DNA of 64,000 nucleotides, from contig OZ024741.1 in NCBI GenBank assembly GCA_964016885.1, positions 395,498,001-395,562,000 on the forward strand, in the 5' to 3' direction. The number at the start of each line of letters is the position of its first letter. The stretch's first letter is position 1. A model generated the notes under the pieces. It saw only the letters and a program-made list of their open reading frames with translations. It had not been told where the DNA came from and made no database searches. The stretch is from Eledone cirrhosa. Taxonomy: Eukaryota. Made by a program: the position numbers and the translations under genes. Positions 1 to 15,521 of this stretch are shown here, piece by piece.

Positions 1-520
<520 letters not shown>

Positions 521-522
<2 letters not shown>

Positions 523-2805
523 TATCATCATCATCATCATCATCATCACCGTTTTACGTCCGTTCTTCCACGCTAGCATGGGTTAGACGGGTTGTCCTGT
601 TGTGGGCAGTGTCTGGTCGGCTGACCATGCCTTGCTCATACAGGAACTGATCTGGCTTGATTTCTACAGCTGGATGCCCTTCCTAACACCAACCTCATTT
701 ACAGTGAGTGCTGGGTGCTTTTTCGTGGCGCCTACACGTCCACTTTACAGTGTGGGCTGGGTGCTTTTTTTGCCGTGGCACCTCCACGACCACCTTGCGG
801 TGGGGGGGGGGGGCATATTGTTTATATGCTTCAGCATGTACCCATGGGAGGTCGGGTACCCTGTATTACTGCGTGACGCCAGAAGTCACGGTCGTGTGTC
901 ATTGACTTTGAGAGGTGTAGTTGGGTAAGGTCGGCTTTTATCACCTCATCCCAAGTCATCTTGGGTCTCCCCACTCCGCGGTTTCCATCAACTTCTAGTG
1001 CTCTGCACCTTTTTATGCAGCTGTCATCCTTCATACGCATCACATGTCCATACCAGCGTAACCGCCTCTCCTGCACGCAGCATTTGATTCCTCTTATGCT
1101 CAGTCTCTCTCTCAATTCATTTATGCTTTGTCGTTCACGTATATTACTGTTACACATCCATCGGAGCATGCAGGCTTCGTTTCTCTCTAATCTACGTAAG
1201 TCTTCCACCTTCAGCGCCCAGGTCTCACTACCATGCAACATCGCTGTTCGGATACACGCATCATACAGTCTGCCTTTCATTCTGAGGGAGAAGCCTTTTG
1301 CAGCTAGCAGTGGTAGTAGTTCCCTAAACTTCTTCCATCCCGTTCTTACCCTAGTTATTGTACTTTCTGAGCACCCACCTCCGTTGCTAATTCGGTCACC
1401 TAGGTAGCAGAAGCTGTCTACTGTTTCTACAGGGCCCTCCCAGAGATTGGTGGTACTTGTTTCCTGTGGCTGTTTGCTTGCTGTTTCAGCACAGCTGCTG
1501 CATGTGAATCCTACATTCTTAATTAAGCTTCCTGAGATCCCGCTACATCTCTTGTGTACCCATTGTTTGCATTTGGGGCAAAGAATGGAGTTCCTACCTA
1601 CACCTTTCCTACATACTGAGCAAGGCCATTTCCCTGAGGGGATCTGGGTTCTGTTTTCTCGTCTACTTATAAGGACCTTAGTCTTTGTCATGTTGACTTT
1701 GAGGCCCTTTCTCTCTAGTCCCTGCTTCCAGGTTTGGAATTTATTCTCTAGTTCTACCATAGATTCAGCTATGAGTGCGAGGTCATCAGCATACAGGAGT
1801 TCCCATGGGCATCCGGTCTTAAACTCCTCCGTTATTGCCTGCAGGACTATGATGAACAGGAGAGGGCTAAGAACAGAGCCCTGGTGGACCCCAACCTGTA
1901 CGCTAAATTCCTCGCTATACTCATTGCCAATCCTAACTTTGCTGACTGCTCCCCTATACATGGCTTGTACCGCTTTCACAAGCCATTCATCTACTCCTAG
2001 TTTTCTAAGAGCCCACCAGATTACTGCACGTGGAACTCTGTCAAAGGCTTTCTCAAGGTCGACAAATGCCAAGTAGAGTGGCTTACTTTTAGCTAGGTAC
2101 TTTTCCTGTAATTGCCTCACAAGGAAGAGCGCATCAGTGGTGCCTTTCCCTGGTACAAACCCAAATTGCATCTCGTCTATATTCACCCGGTCCCTAATCA
2201 GCTGTGCTATAACTCTTTCTGTTACTTTCATGACCTGGTCCATCAACTTTATACCTCTATAGTTTCCTCTATCTAGTGCATCGCCTTTACCTTTGTAGCA
2301 GTTGACAATGATGCTACTGCACCAATCTTTTGGTATGGCCCCCTCTAGTATTACCTGGTTAACAATACGTGTGGTTATAGTGTGACCTACAGACCCAGAT
2401 GCCTTCAGCATCTCGGCAGCTATACCCGAAGGACCGGTTGCCTTCCCTATCTTCATATCTCTGATTGCCTTACTTACTACGCTGCCGCTGACTTGTACTG
2501 CTGGTCCCTCTATAGGGTCTACGTGGGGTAGGGTCTCTTCTTCCCATGCATTCTCCTCATTTAGTAATCTATCATAATGACTCTTCCATGCATCTTTCTT
2601 CTCAGCACTTGTGAGGGCAAGCTCACCTTTATCATTCCGGATACACTTCTCTCCAATGACATCACAACTATCTCTGACACACTGCCTCGCAATCTTGAAT
2701 ACCTCCTGTTTCTGGTCCTCACGTTGTAAAACATGCTTGAATTTTCTATCCTCTGCTTCCCTCCTAGCTAAGTATACTTGTCGCCTAGCTTCCCTCTTGG
2801 TCTCT
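521..2805 (-). mobile_element. RTE-clade LINE, 5'-truncated (RT, 3' UTR and (GAT)n tail)
   Basis: Minus-strand ORF with RT motifs [40 protein letters not shown] and [10 protein letters not shown]...GRPK. (CAT)n tail at about 521-548 on the + strand. Both ends abut TA arrays. Confidence 0.95.
831..2804 (-). CDS. RTE reverse transcriptase (partial, no APE domain) with inserted PHD-like C4HC3 finger
   Basis: Uninterrupted frame from ETKREARRQ to the stop at 831. The N-terminal YI run of the track ORF is microsatellite. Confidence 0.9.
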   Translation of the reverse strand, partial: ETKREARRQVYLARREAEDRKFKHVLQREDQKQEVFKIARQCVRDSCDVIGEKCIRNDKGELALTSAEKKDAWKSHYDRLLNEENAWEEETLPHVDPIEGPAVQVSGSVVSKAIRDMKIGKATGPSGIAAEMLKASGSVGHTITTRIVNQVILEGAIPKDWCSSIIVNCYKGKGDALDRGNYRGIKLMDQVMKVTERVIAQLIRDRVNIDEMQFGFVPGKGTTDALFLVRQLQEKYLAKSKPLYLAFVDLEKAFDRVPRAVIWWALRKLGVDEWLVKAVQAMYRGAVSKVRIGNEYSEEFSVQVGVHQGSVLSPLLFIIVLQAITEEFKTGCPWELLYADDLALIAESMVELENKFQTWKQGLERKGLKVNMTKTKVLISRRENRTQIPSGKWPCSVCRKGVGRNSILCPKCKQWVHKRCSGISGSLIKNVGFTCSSCAETASKQPQETSTTNLWEGPVETVDSFCYLGDRISNGGGCSESTITRVRTGWKKFRELLPLLAAKGFSLRMKGRLYDACIRTAMLHGSETWALKVEDLRRLERNEACMLRWMCNSNIRERQSINELRERLSIRGIKCCVQERRLRWYGHVMRMKDDSCIKRCRALEVDGNRGVGRPKMTWDEVIKADLTQLHLSKSMTHDRDFWRHAVIQGTRPPMGTC

Positions 2806-2835
2806 ATATATATATATACATATATATATATATAC

Positions 2836-2918
<83 letters not shown>

Positions 2919-3580
2919 CATATATATGTAAGCCATACCTATAACCGATCACGCGGCGACCTCGTTGAAGTCGGATATAATAGAATAGATAACCGCACCA
3001 AAGATCACGCCCCCGGCGATGGTGAATACTGTAGATTACTCAAACTATTCCCCTATTACAAAACCAACAAAGGCGACGGCCTACTACCAACGCCTTCCAA
3101 CCAACATCTTCGTGTACATAAACATGGAAGAGGTAGAAAGAGTGCACCTGAGCATAAAGTGAAAGGGGCACCGAACGGGCGACTGCGCATTAACACACAT
3201 AAGAGCGGTCACTTAGATGGAACCACCCGTAGCAAAAGTACAAGGACACGTAATCGCCACCGTAACGTCCTATGGTTCCCCCCCCCCCCACTCTCGGAGT
3301 GTGGCCTCCAACATACCCCGGATATTCTTCGAAGCCTTAGAGAAGAACTTCCCGCCCAACCATAGGTATAGAAAAATTCTTAACAGGAACAATATAAAAA
3401 TATCCTTCTCTACTACTCCTAACCTAGCAGACATCATAGGAACAACGAACCACAGTAAGATCACCAAGACACAGCACCTCGACACAGACGCACCTACACC
3501 TGACAATAACTATATCGGCCTTAACAACTCCCTGGCAGCATCCAATAGGCATCCGCAGACGCAACCAGAATAACCGCGAA

Positions 3581-4174
3581 ATGACTGGGGAACATGCAGA
3601 ACATGACGTGCGGAATAACAATCGCACCACCCCGCGTGCTGTGGGTTGTAATTGTGCTAACGACAGCTGCGGTAGCGTAGATAACAACGTAGGCAGCAAC
3701 AATGATAGCCTTACCGTGGGAAATAGACGGAACCGCGACAGAAATTGCAACTGTCGCAAAAGAGGACGCTGCCCCCTTAGAGGATACTGCTCGACTGATA
3801 GGGTTATATATAGATGCACTATTACTAGCCACAATAGCGTTAAACATTATATAGGGGCTACGTCCGGCCCGTTCAAAATTAGGTTTCGAACACATCTCCA
3901 CTCTTTCACAAATAGAAAACTAAGGTACTCCACTTCGCTCGCGGACTATATCACATCACTAAAGGACTTAAACATCAGCTTCTCCACGCACTGGGAGATT
4001 GTCGGCAGGGCTGCACCGTACAACTTCAAGAGGAAATGCGATCTTTGCCTCATGGAGCTCTACCACATCATAACTGCACTCCACGAGCTCATCAACAGCA
4101 GAGCTGAAACAGCGATAGGTTGTACACATCGCTTAAAAATATCCTTCTTCAGATGGGTTAAGGATGAAGAGTGA
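3581..4174 (+). pseudogene. GIY-YIG endonuclease domain of Penelope-like element
   Basis: RVIYRCTIT...HYIGATSGPFKIRFRTH. Upstream frame broken by a frameshift (C-run near 3278) and a stop at 3571. Confidence 0.85.
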
Positions 4175-4475
4175 AACAGTACACTGGATCCCCCTGCAAC
4201 AAGTCTTAACACCCCGGCGGGCAGGCGCTGCAAAATAACACCCAGGAAACAATCCTTGCATACCAGACCCAGCCTCAGATAAACGGATGCGGCAAAAAAA
4301 AAAAAAAAAAAAAAAAAAAATTGTCCGGGAAAGACTGCCCTGTCACCGGCCAAAGTTACCTCCCTTGACCTGCTGCAAAATCAAAACAAGATATTTTTGC
4401 GAGCAATGAACCTTGATGTAGATTTAACCCCAAAAACTCTTTCCGAGCAATATAAGGAACACTTGTGATTATTTA

Positions 4476-4516
4476 TGCCCTTGAGAAGCCCAACTGGGCT
4501 AAACGTACGTAGGTGC
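4476..4516 (+). ncRNA. Degenerate minimal type I hammerhead ribozyme, U3-A8 variant (G12U)
   Basis: TTGAGAA-GCCC-AACT-GGGC-TAA-ACGTACGT-A-GG. Stem II and palindromic stem III present; G12 mutated; stem I weak. Confidence 0.55.
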
Positions 4517-4727
4517 TGTTTTAAATAAACATGTTTGAACGGTCTATTCTCCGATTTTTTACTTTCCCACGTGCTTATGCTCTGCTAACTCTCTAGCCCA
4601 CTAAATACTAACACTTCGAATATTTAATACTGCCGGCACTAGTATCGAGCACCTTTGGCATACGCTACTTGGCAAATAACTATATGTATCACCTATCCCC
4701 CCTTTTTTTCTGTTTCTCGATACGTAA

Positions 4728-5570
<843 letters not shown>

Positions 5571-5571
<1 letters not shown>

Positions 5572-6220
5572 CTCCATTTTATGTCCTAAATGCAAAGTAT
5601 GGGTGCATAAAAGATGTAGTGGGATCACAGGTAAGCTAACTAAGAACATAGATTTTACATGTGGCCGGTGTTCTGGTGCAATAAGTAGCAGCAAGTGCCC
5701 ACAAAATACTAGCTCTTTCAATTGCGCAGAGGGTTCTATAGAAATAGTGGACAGCTTCCGTTACCTGGGCGATAAAATCAGCCGTGGGGGAGGGTGCTCT
5801 GAAAGTACTGTAGCTAGAGTCAGAACTGGTTGGAAAAAGTTCAGAGAGCTTATACCACTATTAGCTGCTAAAGGGTTCTCCCTAAAAATGAAAGGCAGGT
5901 TGTACGATGCCTGCATAGGAACAGCAATGTTGCATGGCAGTGAGACCTGGGCACTGTGTGCAGAGGATATACGCAGACTAGAGAGGAACGAAGCTTGCAT
6001 GCTCCGCTGGATGTGTAACAGTAATATACGTGAACGGCAAAGCATAAACGAACTAAGGAAAAAATTAGAGATAAGAGGGATCAGATGTTGTTTACTCGAG
6101 AGAAGGCTACGTTGGTATGGACACGTGATGCGCATGAAAGTCGATAGCTATATAACAAAGTGCAGGGCAATAAAGATAGACGGTAGTCACGGAATAGGCA
6201 GACCTAGAAAAAGGGATGAA
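5571..6220 (+). mobile_element. RTE LINE internal fragment (PHD finger to GRP motif), near-identical to 9743-10394
   Basis: [22 protein letters not shown]...[10 protein letters not shown]...GRPRK; lacks 3' UTR and tail. Confidence 0.92.
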
Positions 6221-6277
6221 ATCGAAAATGCAACTGAAGTCTTATTTTTTTTTTTAAATATATATATTTATTTGGTT

Positions 6278-6315
6278 CCTTTACCGGTTTCGCAGTTCTT
6301 CTGCTTTTCAAAAGG
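6278..6315 (-). ncRNA. Minimal type I hammerhead ribozyme, U3-A8 variant, intact fold
   Basis: Reverse strand: CCTT-TTGAAAA-GCAG-AAGAA-CTGC-GAA-ACCGGT-A-AAGG. Stem I CCTT/AAGG, stem II GCAG/CTGC, palindromic stem III ACCGGT, GUA cleavage triplet. Confidence 0.8.
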
Positions 6316-6347
6316 TGAGTTGAGATGGAGGGTCTGTGGTTTTTCTC

Positions 6348-8277
<1,930 letters not shown>

Positions 8278-10869
8278 AAAATTTCAAAGCATATTACTTG
8301 ATGCTTTCGACAGTAAGGAAGAGCATCTAGAATCGGACAATATAGAGGGACAGTGGAAATTTCTGAAAGCAAACCTGCTGTTGGCGACAGACGAGGTCTG
8401 TGGCTGGAGCAGGCCTGTAGGCAGGAGGAGAGTAACATGGTGGTGGAACAATAGGGTGGAGGGGTCAATTAAGGCCAAAAAGCAGGCTTGGAAAGTATGG
8501 CGGGATGGGGGAAGTAGAGTAGACTATCAAGTGGCCAGGAGGGAAGCTAGGAGAGAAGTGTACTTAGCAAGAAGGGAAGCTGAGGAAAGAAAGTTCAAGC
8601 ATGTTCTACAACGCGATGACCAAAAACGTGAGGTGTTCAGGATTGCCAGGCAATGCGTCAAGGAAAACCGTGATATTGTCGGGGAGAAGTGTGTACTTAA
8701 CGATGATGGCATACTTGCCATCACCGACACTGATAAGAAGGTAGCTTGGAAGTGTCACTATGAAAGGCTACTAAATGAGGAGAATAAATGGGAGAAAGAC
8801 AGTCTCCCCCATATCGACCCGATAGAGGGACCAGCAGTGTTAGTCGAGGGGAGTATAATAAGTAAGGCAATCAAGGATATGAAGACTGGTAAGGCGGCTG
8901 GGCCTTCGGAAATAGTTGCTGAGATGCTGAAGGCATCTGGCACGGTGGGACACACCATGGTCACCCGCATAGTTAACCAAGTCGTACAGAATGGGGTTGT
9001 TCCGAAGGACTGGCATAGCAGCATCATCATTAACTGTTATAAGGGTAAAGGAGACGCCCTAGATAGGAGTAACTATAGAGGCATTAAATTAATCGACCAG
9101 GTCATGAAGGTCACGGAAAAAGTAATAGCGCAACTAATCAGAGAGAGAATTGATCTAGATGAAATGCAGTTCGGGTTTGTGTCAGGCAAAAGCACCACAG
9201 ACGCTCTTTTCATAGTACGACAACTACAGGAGAAGTACCTAGCTAAAGGTAAACCCCTCTACTTAGCTTTTGTCGACCTGGAGAAAGCCTTCGACAGAGT
9301 CCCCCGCTCCATTATCTGGTGGGCTCTTAGAAAACTAGGCGTTGACGAATGGCTTGTGAGAGCTATACAAGCCATGTATAAAGAAACAGTCAGCAAGGTT
9401 AGAATTAACAACGAATATAGTGAAGAGTTTAGCGTAAAAGTTGGCGTCCATCAGGGCTCTGTTCTCAGCCCCCTACTATTTATTATTGCCCTTCAGGCTA
9501 TAACAGAGGAGTTCAAGACAGGCTGCCCATGGGAACTCCTATACGCAGACGACCTGACACTCATAGCGGAATCAATGGCCGAGCTAGAGAAGAAATTCCA
9601 AACATGGAAGCACGGCCTAGAGTCAAAAGGACTTAAAATTAACCTGGCTAAGACCAAAGTTCTAGTTTGTAGGAAAGAAAACAAGGCGGCGGTCCCTTCT
9701 GGGAAATGGTCGTGCTCGGTATGTAGGAAAGGCGTAGGTAGAAACTCCATCTTATGTCCTAAATGCAAAGTATGGGTGCATAAAAGATGTAGTGGGATCA
9801 CAGGTAAGCTAACTAAGAACATAGACTTTACATGTGGCCGGTGTTCTGGTGAAATAAGTAGCAGCAAGTGCCCACAAAATACTAGCTCTTTCAATTGCGC
9901 AGAGGGTTCTATAGAAATAGTGGACAGCTTCCGTTACCTGGGCGATAAAATCAGCAGTGGGGGAGGGTGCTCTGAAAGTACTGTAGCTAGAGTCAGAACT
10001 GGTTGGAAAAAGTTCAGAGAGCTTATACCACTATTAGCTGCTAAAGGGTTCTCCCTAAAAATGAAAGGCAGGTTGTACGATGCCTGCATACGAACAGCAA
10101 TGTTGCATGGTAGTGAGACCTGGGCATTGTGTGCAGAGGATATACGCAGACTAGAGAGGAACGAAGCTTGCATGCTCCGCTGGATGTGTAACAGTAATAT
10201 ACGTGAACGGCAAAGCATAAACGAACTAAGGAAAAAATTAGAGATAAGAGGGATCAGATGTTGTTTACTCGAGAGAAGGCTGCATTGGTATGGACACGTG
10301 ATGCGCATGAAAGTCGATAGCTGTATTACAAAGTGCAGGGCAATAAAGATAGACGGTAGCCACGGAATAGGCAGACCTAGAAAAACATGGGATGAGCTGA
10401 TAAACTCCGACCTCACACACTTACACCTCTCCAAGACAATGTCACTGGACCGTGACCTTTGGCGGTACTCAGTAACAGAGAAGACCCGCCTTGCCAGTAG
10501 GCATCTCTAACAAACTACACCCCGTCCCGCCACCACCCCCACCCCATCCACACCACCCCGTTCCATGTAAAGTTATGTTGGTGCCGCGCCATCCAGGCCG
10601 AAACAAACAAGATCGTGTAGGTGTCACGACAAAAAAACACACAGTCCACGCTGTAATGTGGCCGTGTAGGCAACACGGTAAAAACCTCCCAGACCCACAC
10701 TGTAAATGTGGTTGGTGTTAGGAAGGGCATCCAACTGTAGAAAACCTGCCAGACAGTCCTATGCGAGCAAGACAATCACTCTTGCCTCAAGTGGGACTAC
10801 CCCCGTCCAAACCCATGCAAGCGTGGAACACGGACGTTAAACGTTGATGATGATGATGATGATGATGAT
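8278..10869 (+). mobile_element. RTE-clade LINE, 5'-truncated, with 3' UTR and (GAT)n tail
   Basis: Open frame from about 8278 to 10510 with TWWWN, all RT motifs, YADD and the PHD-like finger. Ends GGACGTTAAACGTT(GAT)n at about 10832-10868; TA arrays on both sides. Confidence 0.96.
8381..10510 (+). CDS. RTE reverse transcriptase (partial ORF, no stops)
   Basis: 709-aa track ORF with intact RT motifs; APE domain lost by 5' truncation. Confidence 0.9.
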   Translation: MATDEVCGWSRPVGRRRVTWWWNNRVEGSIKAKKQAWKVWRDGGSRVDYQVARREARREVYLARREAEERKFKHVLQRDDQKREVFRIARQCVKENRDIVGEKCVLNDDGILAITDTDKKVAWKCHYERLLNEENKWEKDSLPHIDPIEGPAVLVEGSIISKAIKDMKTGKAAGPSEIVAEMLKASGTVGHTMVTRIVNQVVQNGVVPKDWHSSIIINCYKGKGDALDRSNYRGIKLIDQVMKVTEKVIAQLIRERIDLDEMQFGFVSGKSTTDALFIVRQLQEKYLAKGKPLYLAFVDLEKAFDRVPRSIIWWALRKLGVDEWLVRAIQAMYKETVSKVRINNEYSEEFSVKVGVHQGSVLSPLLFIIALQAITEEFKTGCPWELLYADDLTLIAESMAELEKKFQTWKHGLESKGLKINLAKTKVLVCRKENKAAVPSGKWSCSVCRKGVGRNSILCPKCKVWVHKRCSGITGKLTKNIDFTCGRCSGEISSSKCPQNTSSFNCAEGSIEIVDSFRYLGDKISSGGGCSESTVARVRTGWKKFRELIPLLAAKGFSLKMKGRLYDACIRTAMLHGSETWALCAEDIRRLERNEACMLRWMCNSNIRERQSINELRKKLEIRGIRCCLLERRLHWYGHVMRMKVDSCITKCRAIKIDGSHGIGRPRKTWDELINSDLTHLHLSKTMSLDRDLWRYSVTEKTRLASRHL

Positions 10870-10902
10870 ATATATATATATATATACATATATATATACA
10901 GA

Positions 10903-10936
<34 letters not shown>

Positions 10937-10937
10937 C

Positions 10938-11028
<91 letters not shown>

Positions 11029-11033
11029 TATAC

Positions 11034-11120
<87 letters not shown>

Positions 11121-11319
11121 CATATATATACATATATATACATATATATACATATATATACATATATATACATATATATATATACATATATATACATATA
11201 TATACATATATATACATATATATATACATATATATATACATATATATATACATATATATACATATATATACATATATATACATATATATACATATATATA
11301 CATATATATATACATATAC

Positions 11320-11370
<51 letters not shown>

Positions 11371-11396
11371 CACACATATATATATATATACACACA

Positions 11397-11430
<34 letters not shown>

Positions 11431-11514
11431 CACATATATATATATATATACACATATATATATATATATACACATATATATATATATATATACAGATATA
11501 TATATATACAGATA

Positions 11515-11554
<40 letters not shown>

Positions 11555-11593
11555 CACATATATATATATACAGATATATATATATATATACAA

Positions 11594-11634
<41 letters not shown>

Positions 11635-11637
11635 CAA

Positions 11638-11676
<39 letters not shown>

Positions 11677-11813
11677 CAGATATATATATATATATATATA
11701 TACATATATATACAGATATATATATATATATATATACATATATATATACAGATATATATATATATATATATACATATATATATACACATATATATATATA
11801 TATATATGTATAC

Positions 11814-11848
<35 letters not shown>

Positions 11849-11929
11849 CATATATACATATGTATATATATATACATATATATACATATATATATATATA
11901 TACATATATATACATATATATATATATAT

Positions 11930-11974
<45 letters not shown>

Positions 11975-11991
11975 TATACACATATATATAT
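10869..11991. repeat. (TA)n array
   Basis: Direct sequence; variant-motif order mirrors 7420-8270. Confidence 0.97.
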
Positions 11992-12128
11992 AACGAAGGA
12001 AATGTGGTAAGGAACCAGGTGGACCATAACGCACCAAAGTACTCAATACTTGAGGTAGTAGAGTGGGTAATAGGAACCAGTAAGACCCCGACAGCTGAGC
12101 TCAAGCCGTTTCGACGGCTAATTCTGGA

Positions 12129-12133
<5 letters not shown>
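11992..12133 (-). mobile_element. Short Penelope-pLTR-like element starting within a hammerhead core
   Basis: Reverse strand begins ATGAG...TC-GAAAC-GGCTTGAGCTCAGCT-GTC-GGGGTC. Homologous to 44360-44497; inserted in TA. Confidence 0.6.
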
Positions 12134-12169
<36 letters not shown>

Positions 12170-12834
12170 TACTCTAAGGTCGCTGTCCTGTCCCCTGTTG
12201 ACATACTGCTGACTCTCTTTTGATGTATGTATGTGTATATACATATGTGTATGTGTGTGTATGTGTATATCTCTGTGGATGCGACCAGATTTCAACACAG
12301 CAACAACTACAACAACAACAGCAGCAACACCAACAACAACAACAACAGCAACAACACCATCGTCTGTGTTGAATGTGTGTGTATGTATTTGTATATATGC
12401 GACAGCAATAATAGCATCAACACCATTGTCTGCAGCAACAGCAGCAGTGAAATGAAGGACAACAACAACAGTAACAACTACAATAACAACTACAGCACCA
12501 ACAACTGTCACCACCATCACTGACCATCCACCACCACCGCGCTGATACCATCCACCACCACCACACTGACACCATCCACCACCGCCATTATACAAGCCGA
12601 ACTGGACTGGGAAAGGTCAACAGTTGACATGATAGTGATTTTGACGATTTTGACTTTGATTTTGATTTTGTATCAGTACTGTCGGTAATATATGTATATA
12701 TATATATGTGTTTGTGAGTTGTGTGTGTGATTGTATGCATGAATGAGTGTTGGTATGTGTGGTTGTGGTTTGTATGCATGAGTATTAGTGTGTGAGTCGT
12801 GTCAATAAGTTTTTTTTTTTTTTTTTTTTTTTTT

Positions 12835-14545
12835 AAATGACCATGCTGTAAAATGGAGGGGTAGAGAGGGCCCTTGAGTCTAGTAAGACATCCTCTCTAG
12901 TGCTGGTGGCACAAATAAAAGCACCCAGTCCATGCTGTAAAGTGGCGCTGGTGTTAGGAAGGGCATCCAACCAGTGTATCAATGCCAAAAAGCTTATCAG
13001 CACAGCAACAAAACAGCATAGAAAAAAAAAAAAAAAAAATATGAAGACGTCGCATCTCAGAGTTGCAACACTTAATGTTGGCACTCTCAGAGGTAGATCT
13101 GCTGAAATAGCGGAGATGCTGGAGAGAAGGCAGGTGGATGTGTGCTGCGTGCAAGAGGTGAGATGGAGAGGTGCCTCTGCGAGACTAGTCGTAGGCAAGC
13201 GTCTTAGCTATAAGCTATTCTGGGTAGGTAAGGATGATGGGTTAGGGGGAGTAGGCATTTTCCTGGCTGAGAAATGGATCAATAAGACAATAGAGGTAGT
13301 TCGAGTTAGTAATCGAATAATTAAGCTTAGATTAGTTGTAGGTAGGAGACTACTGACAATCATCTCGGTCTATGCTCCCCAAGCAGGCCTAGGCAAAGAT
13401 GAGAAAGACTGCTTTTATGAGCAACTTTTGCAAACAACCACAATGACAGAGGACGGAGACATCGTTATGCTAGCAGGAGACTTCAATGGTCATGTTGGAC
13501 AGCTCCAGGATGGTTACACTGGGGTACATGGTGGGCATGGTTACGGTTCAAGAAATGAAGAAGGAGTGAGACTGCTTGAATTTTGTGATGCAAGTACATT
13601 GACTATTTGCAACACAAACTTCCAGAAACCTGCCAATCACCTAATAACCTACAAATCTGGTGAGCACATAAGCCAGATTGACTTCCTGCTAGTTAGGCAG
13701 CGGGACAGGCAGATAGTGTCTAATACCAAGGCATACCCTGGGGAAGTATGTACCCCACAGCATAGGTTAGTTGTTAGTGATATCTCAGTAAGCAAGAGAT
13801 GGAATGAGCCATATAGGAAGGTGTGGAGAAGAAAGGTCTGGAAGCTAAAAGACCTTTCACTAAAATTCAAATTTAGGAAAGCCCTTCAAGATGTATATGA
13901 CGAAAAAGAAGACGATTTAGAGACGTATGACATAGATAATAACTGGAAGTTCTTACGTGACAACTTGCTGAAGGCTACTGATGAAACTTGTGGCTGGAGC
14001 AGAGCCCCAACCAGACAGAGAGTGACCTGGTGGTGGAACAGCAGTGTAGATAAGGCTATTAGAGACAAAAGACTAGCATGGAAGGCTTGGAATAAGGGTG
14101 GAAGTAGGGAAGAATATACAGCCACTAAGAGAGAAGCTAGACGTCAGGTGTACTTAGCACGCAGGGAGGCAGAGAGTAGGAGGTTTGCCAATGTTCTGCG
14201 ACGGGAAGATCAGAGGCGTGCGGTGTTCCACATTGCAAGGCAGTGTGTCAATGCAAATCAGGATGTTGTTGGTGATAAATGTGTCCGGGATGATGCCGGT
14301 GTACTTAGTGTCACGAATGACCAGAAAAAGGAGGCCTGGAAATGCCATTATGAGAGACTGATGAATGTGGAGAACGAATGGGAGAGAGAGAAATTACCCT
14401 TGGTAGATCCGACAGAGGGACCAGCTATTGAGATTGACGAATATAGGGTCCAAGAGGCGATTAGGGAAATGAAAAATGGTAAGGCGGCCGGACCATCGGG
14501 AATAGTTGCTGAGATGCTGAAGGCATCAGGGGACGTAGGCACTAA
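12835..14545 (+). mobile_element. RTE-clade LINE, 5' portion (5' UTR, APE endonuclease, start of RT), cut by assembly gap
   Basis: LRVATLNVGTL, CCVQEVRW, ISVYAPQ, AGDFNGHVG, SQIDFLL, PQHRLVV and TWWWN motifs. Frame open from the ATG at 13041 to the gap. Confidence 0.95.
13041..14545 (+). CDS. RTE ORF, APE endonuclease domain and linker (partial)
   Basis: Uninterrupted frame; conserved APE motifs as above. Confidence 0.9.
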
Positions 14546-14745
14546 NNNNNNNNNNNNNNNNNNNNNNNNNNNNNNNNNNNNNNNNNNNNNNNNNNNNNNN
14601 NNNNNNNNNNNNNNNNNNNNNNNNNNNNNNNNNNNNNNNNNNNNNNNNNNNNNNNNNNNNNNNNNNNNNNNNNNNNNNNNNNNNNNNNNNNNNNNNNNNN
14701 NNNNNNNNNNNNNNNNNNNNNNNNNNNNNNNNNNNNNNNNNNNNN
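14546..14745. other. Assembly gap (200 N)
   Basis: Run of N. Confidence 1.
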
Positions 14746-14828
14746 AGGCACCAAAGTGTACTCCACTATAGGCACCAAAGTGTACTACACTATAGGCACC
14801 CAAGTGTACTACACTATAGGCACCAAAG
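14746..14828. repeat. 24-bp minisatellite (AGGCACCAAAGTGTACTACACTAT), about 3.5 visible copies
   Basis: Tandem copies directly after the gap. Confidence 0.9.
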
Positions 14829-15081
14829 AGCCAGGTGATAGTGATAAACAAAACAACGTATTAAATTTATAATACTAAAGAAGGGAACAATTTGTTTACG
14901 GTCACCCGCAGTTTCTCTTCTAAATTTCGTCTACACAGCTTTGGTCCACCCCAGACTATATTAAAAAACCCTAACCCATGGTCAATTTAATCGATTTACA
15001 CTCCCAACAAATGTTTTACCTTGTGCCTCAATCAGAAACCAAACCCGCCCGTCCCCTCAATTTATCTTATTTCTCATTCTT

Positions 15082-15117
15082 TCTTCTGATGAAGGACTAG
15101 CGTCCGAAACGTTAAGA
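15082..15117 (+). ncRNA. Minimal type I hammerhead ribozyme (canonical core)
   Basis: TCTT-CTGATGA-A-GGAC-TAGC-GTCC-GAA-ACGT-T-AAGA. Stem I TCTT/AAGA, stem II GGAC/GTCC, palindromic stem III ACGT. Confidence 0.85.
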
Positions 15118-15198
15118 CCCTCTTCCTGCTATATCAAGCGTTAACCTAATATATCCATTCCATATACTGTACCGATTGTATTGTTATTTCTGTTTACC

Positions 15199-15314
<116 letters not shown>

Positions 15315-15329
15315 GTTTATCCCGAGTTC

Positions 15330-15495
15330 TATCGGGGGTAACCACAGTAAGAAAGGTACTCAATACAAAGCAGAGTATAAATATTTAATATAGAAAGGCT
15401 TCCACACGACTAGAACTGTTTCATTCGGGCTTCCTGATGATTTCTCCCGAATGAAACAGTTCTAGTCCTGGAGAAGCCTTTCTATATTAAATATA
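15330..15495. mobile_element. Short fold-back element (arms of about 50 bp) with CTGATGA..GAAAC motif; related copy at 20118-20250
   Basis: 15380-15429 is inverted relative to 15446-15494; flanked by TA/CA microsatellites. Confidence 0.65.
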
Positions 15496-15521
15496 TATGT
15501 ATATATATATATATATATATA

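Larger units (their letters stand above)
2928..4727 (+). mobile_element. Penelope-like element, 5'-truncated, C-terminal GIY-YIG (probably Hydra-clade type)
   Basis: Motifs RNVLWFPPP / [17 protein letters not shown] / KISFSTTPN (frameshifted), then CNC..CPLRGYC, VIY...YIG, KCDLCL.E and LINSR.E...CTH. Flanked by TA arrays; hammerhead-like motif near the 3' end. Confidence 0.85.

Noticed and set aside
12290-12590. Thr-rich mucin exon
   Set aside because: Degenerate (CAA)/(CCA) trinucleotide repeat mixed with GT repeats; no clear splice sites, and stops interrupt the frames.
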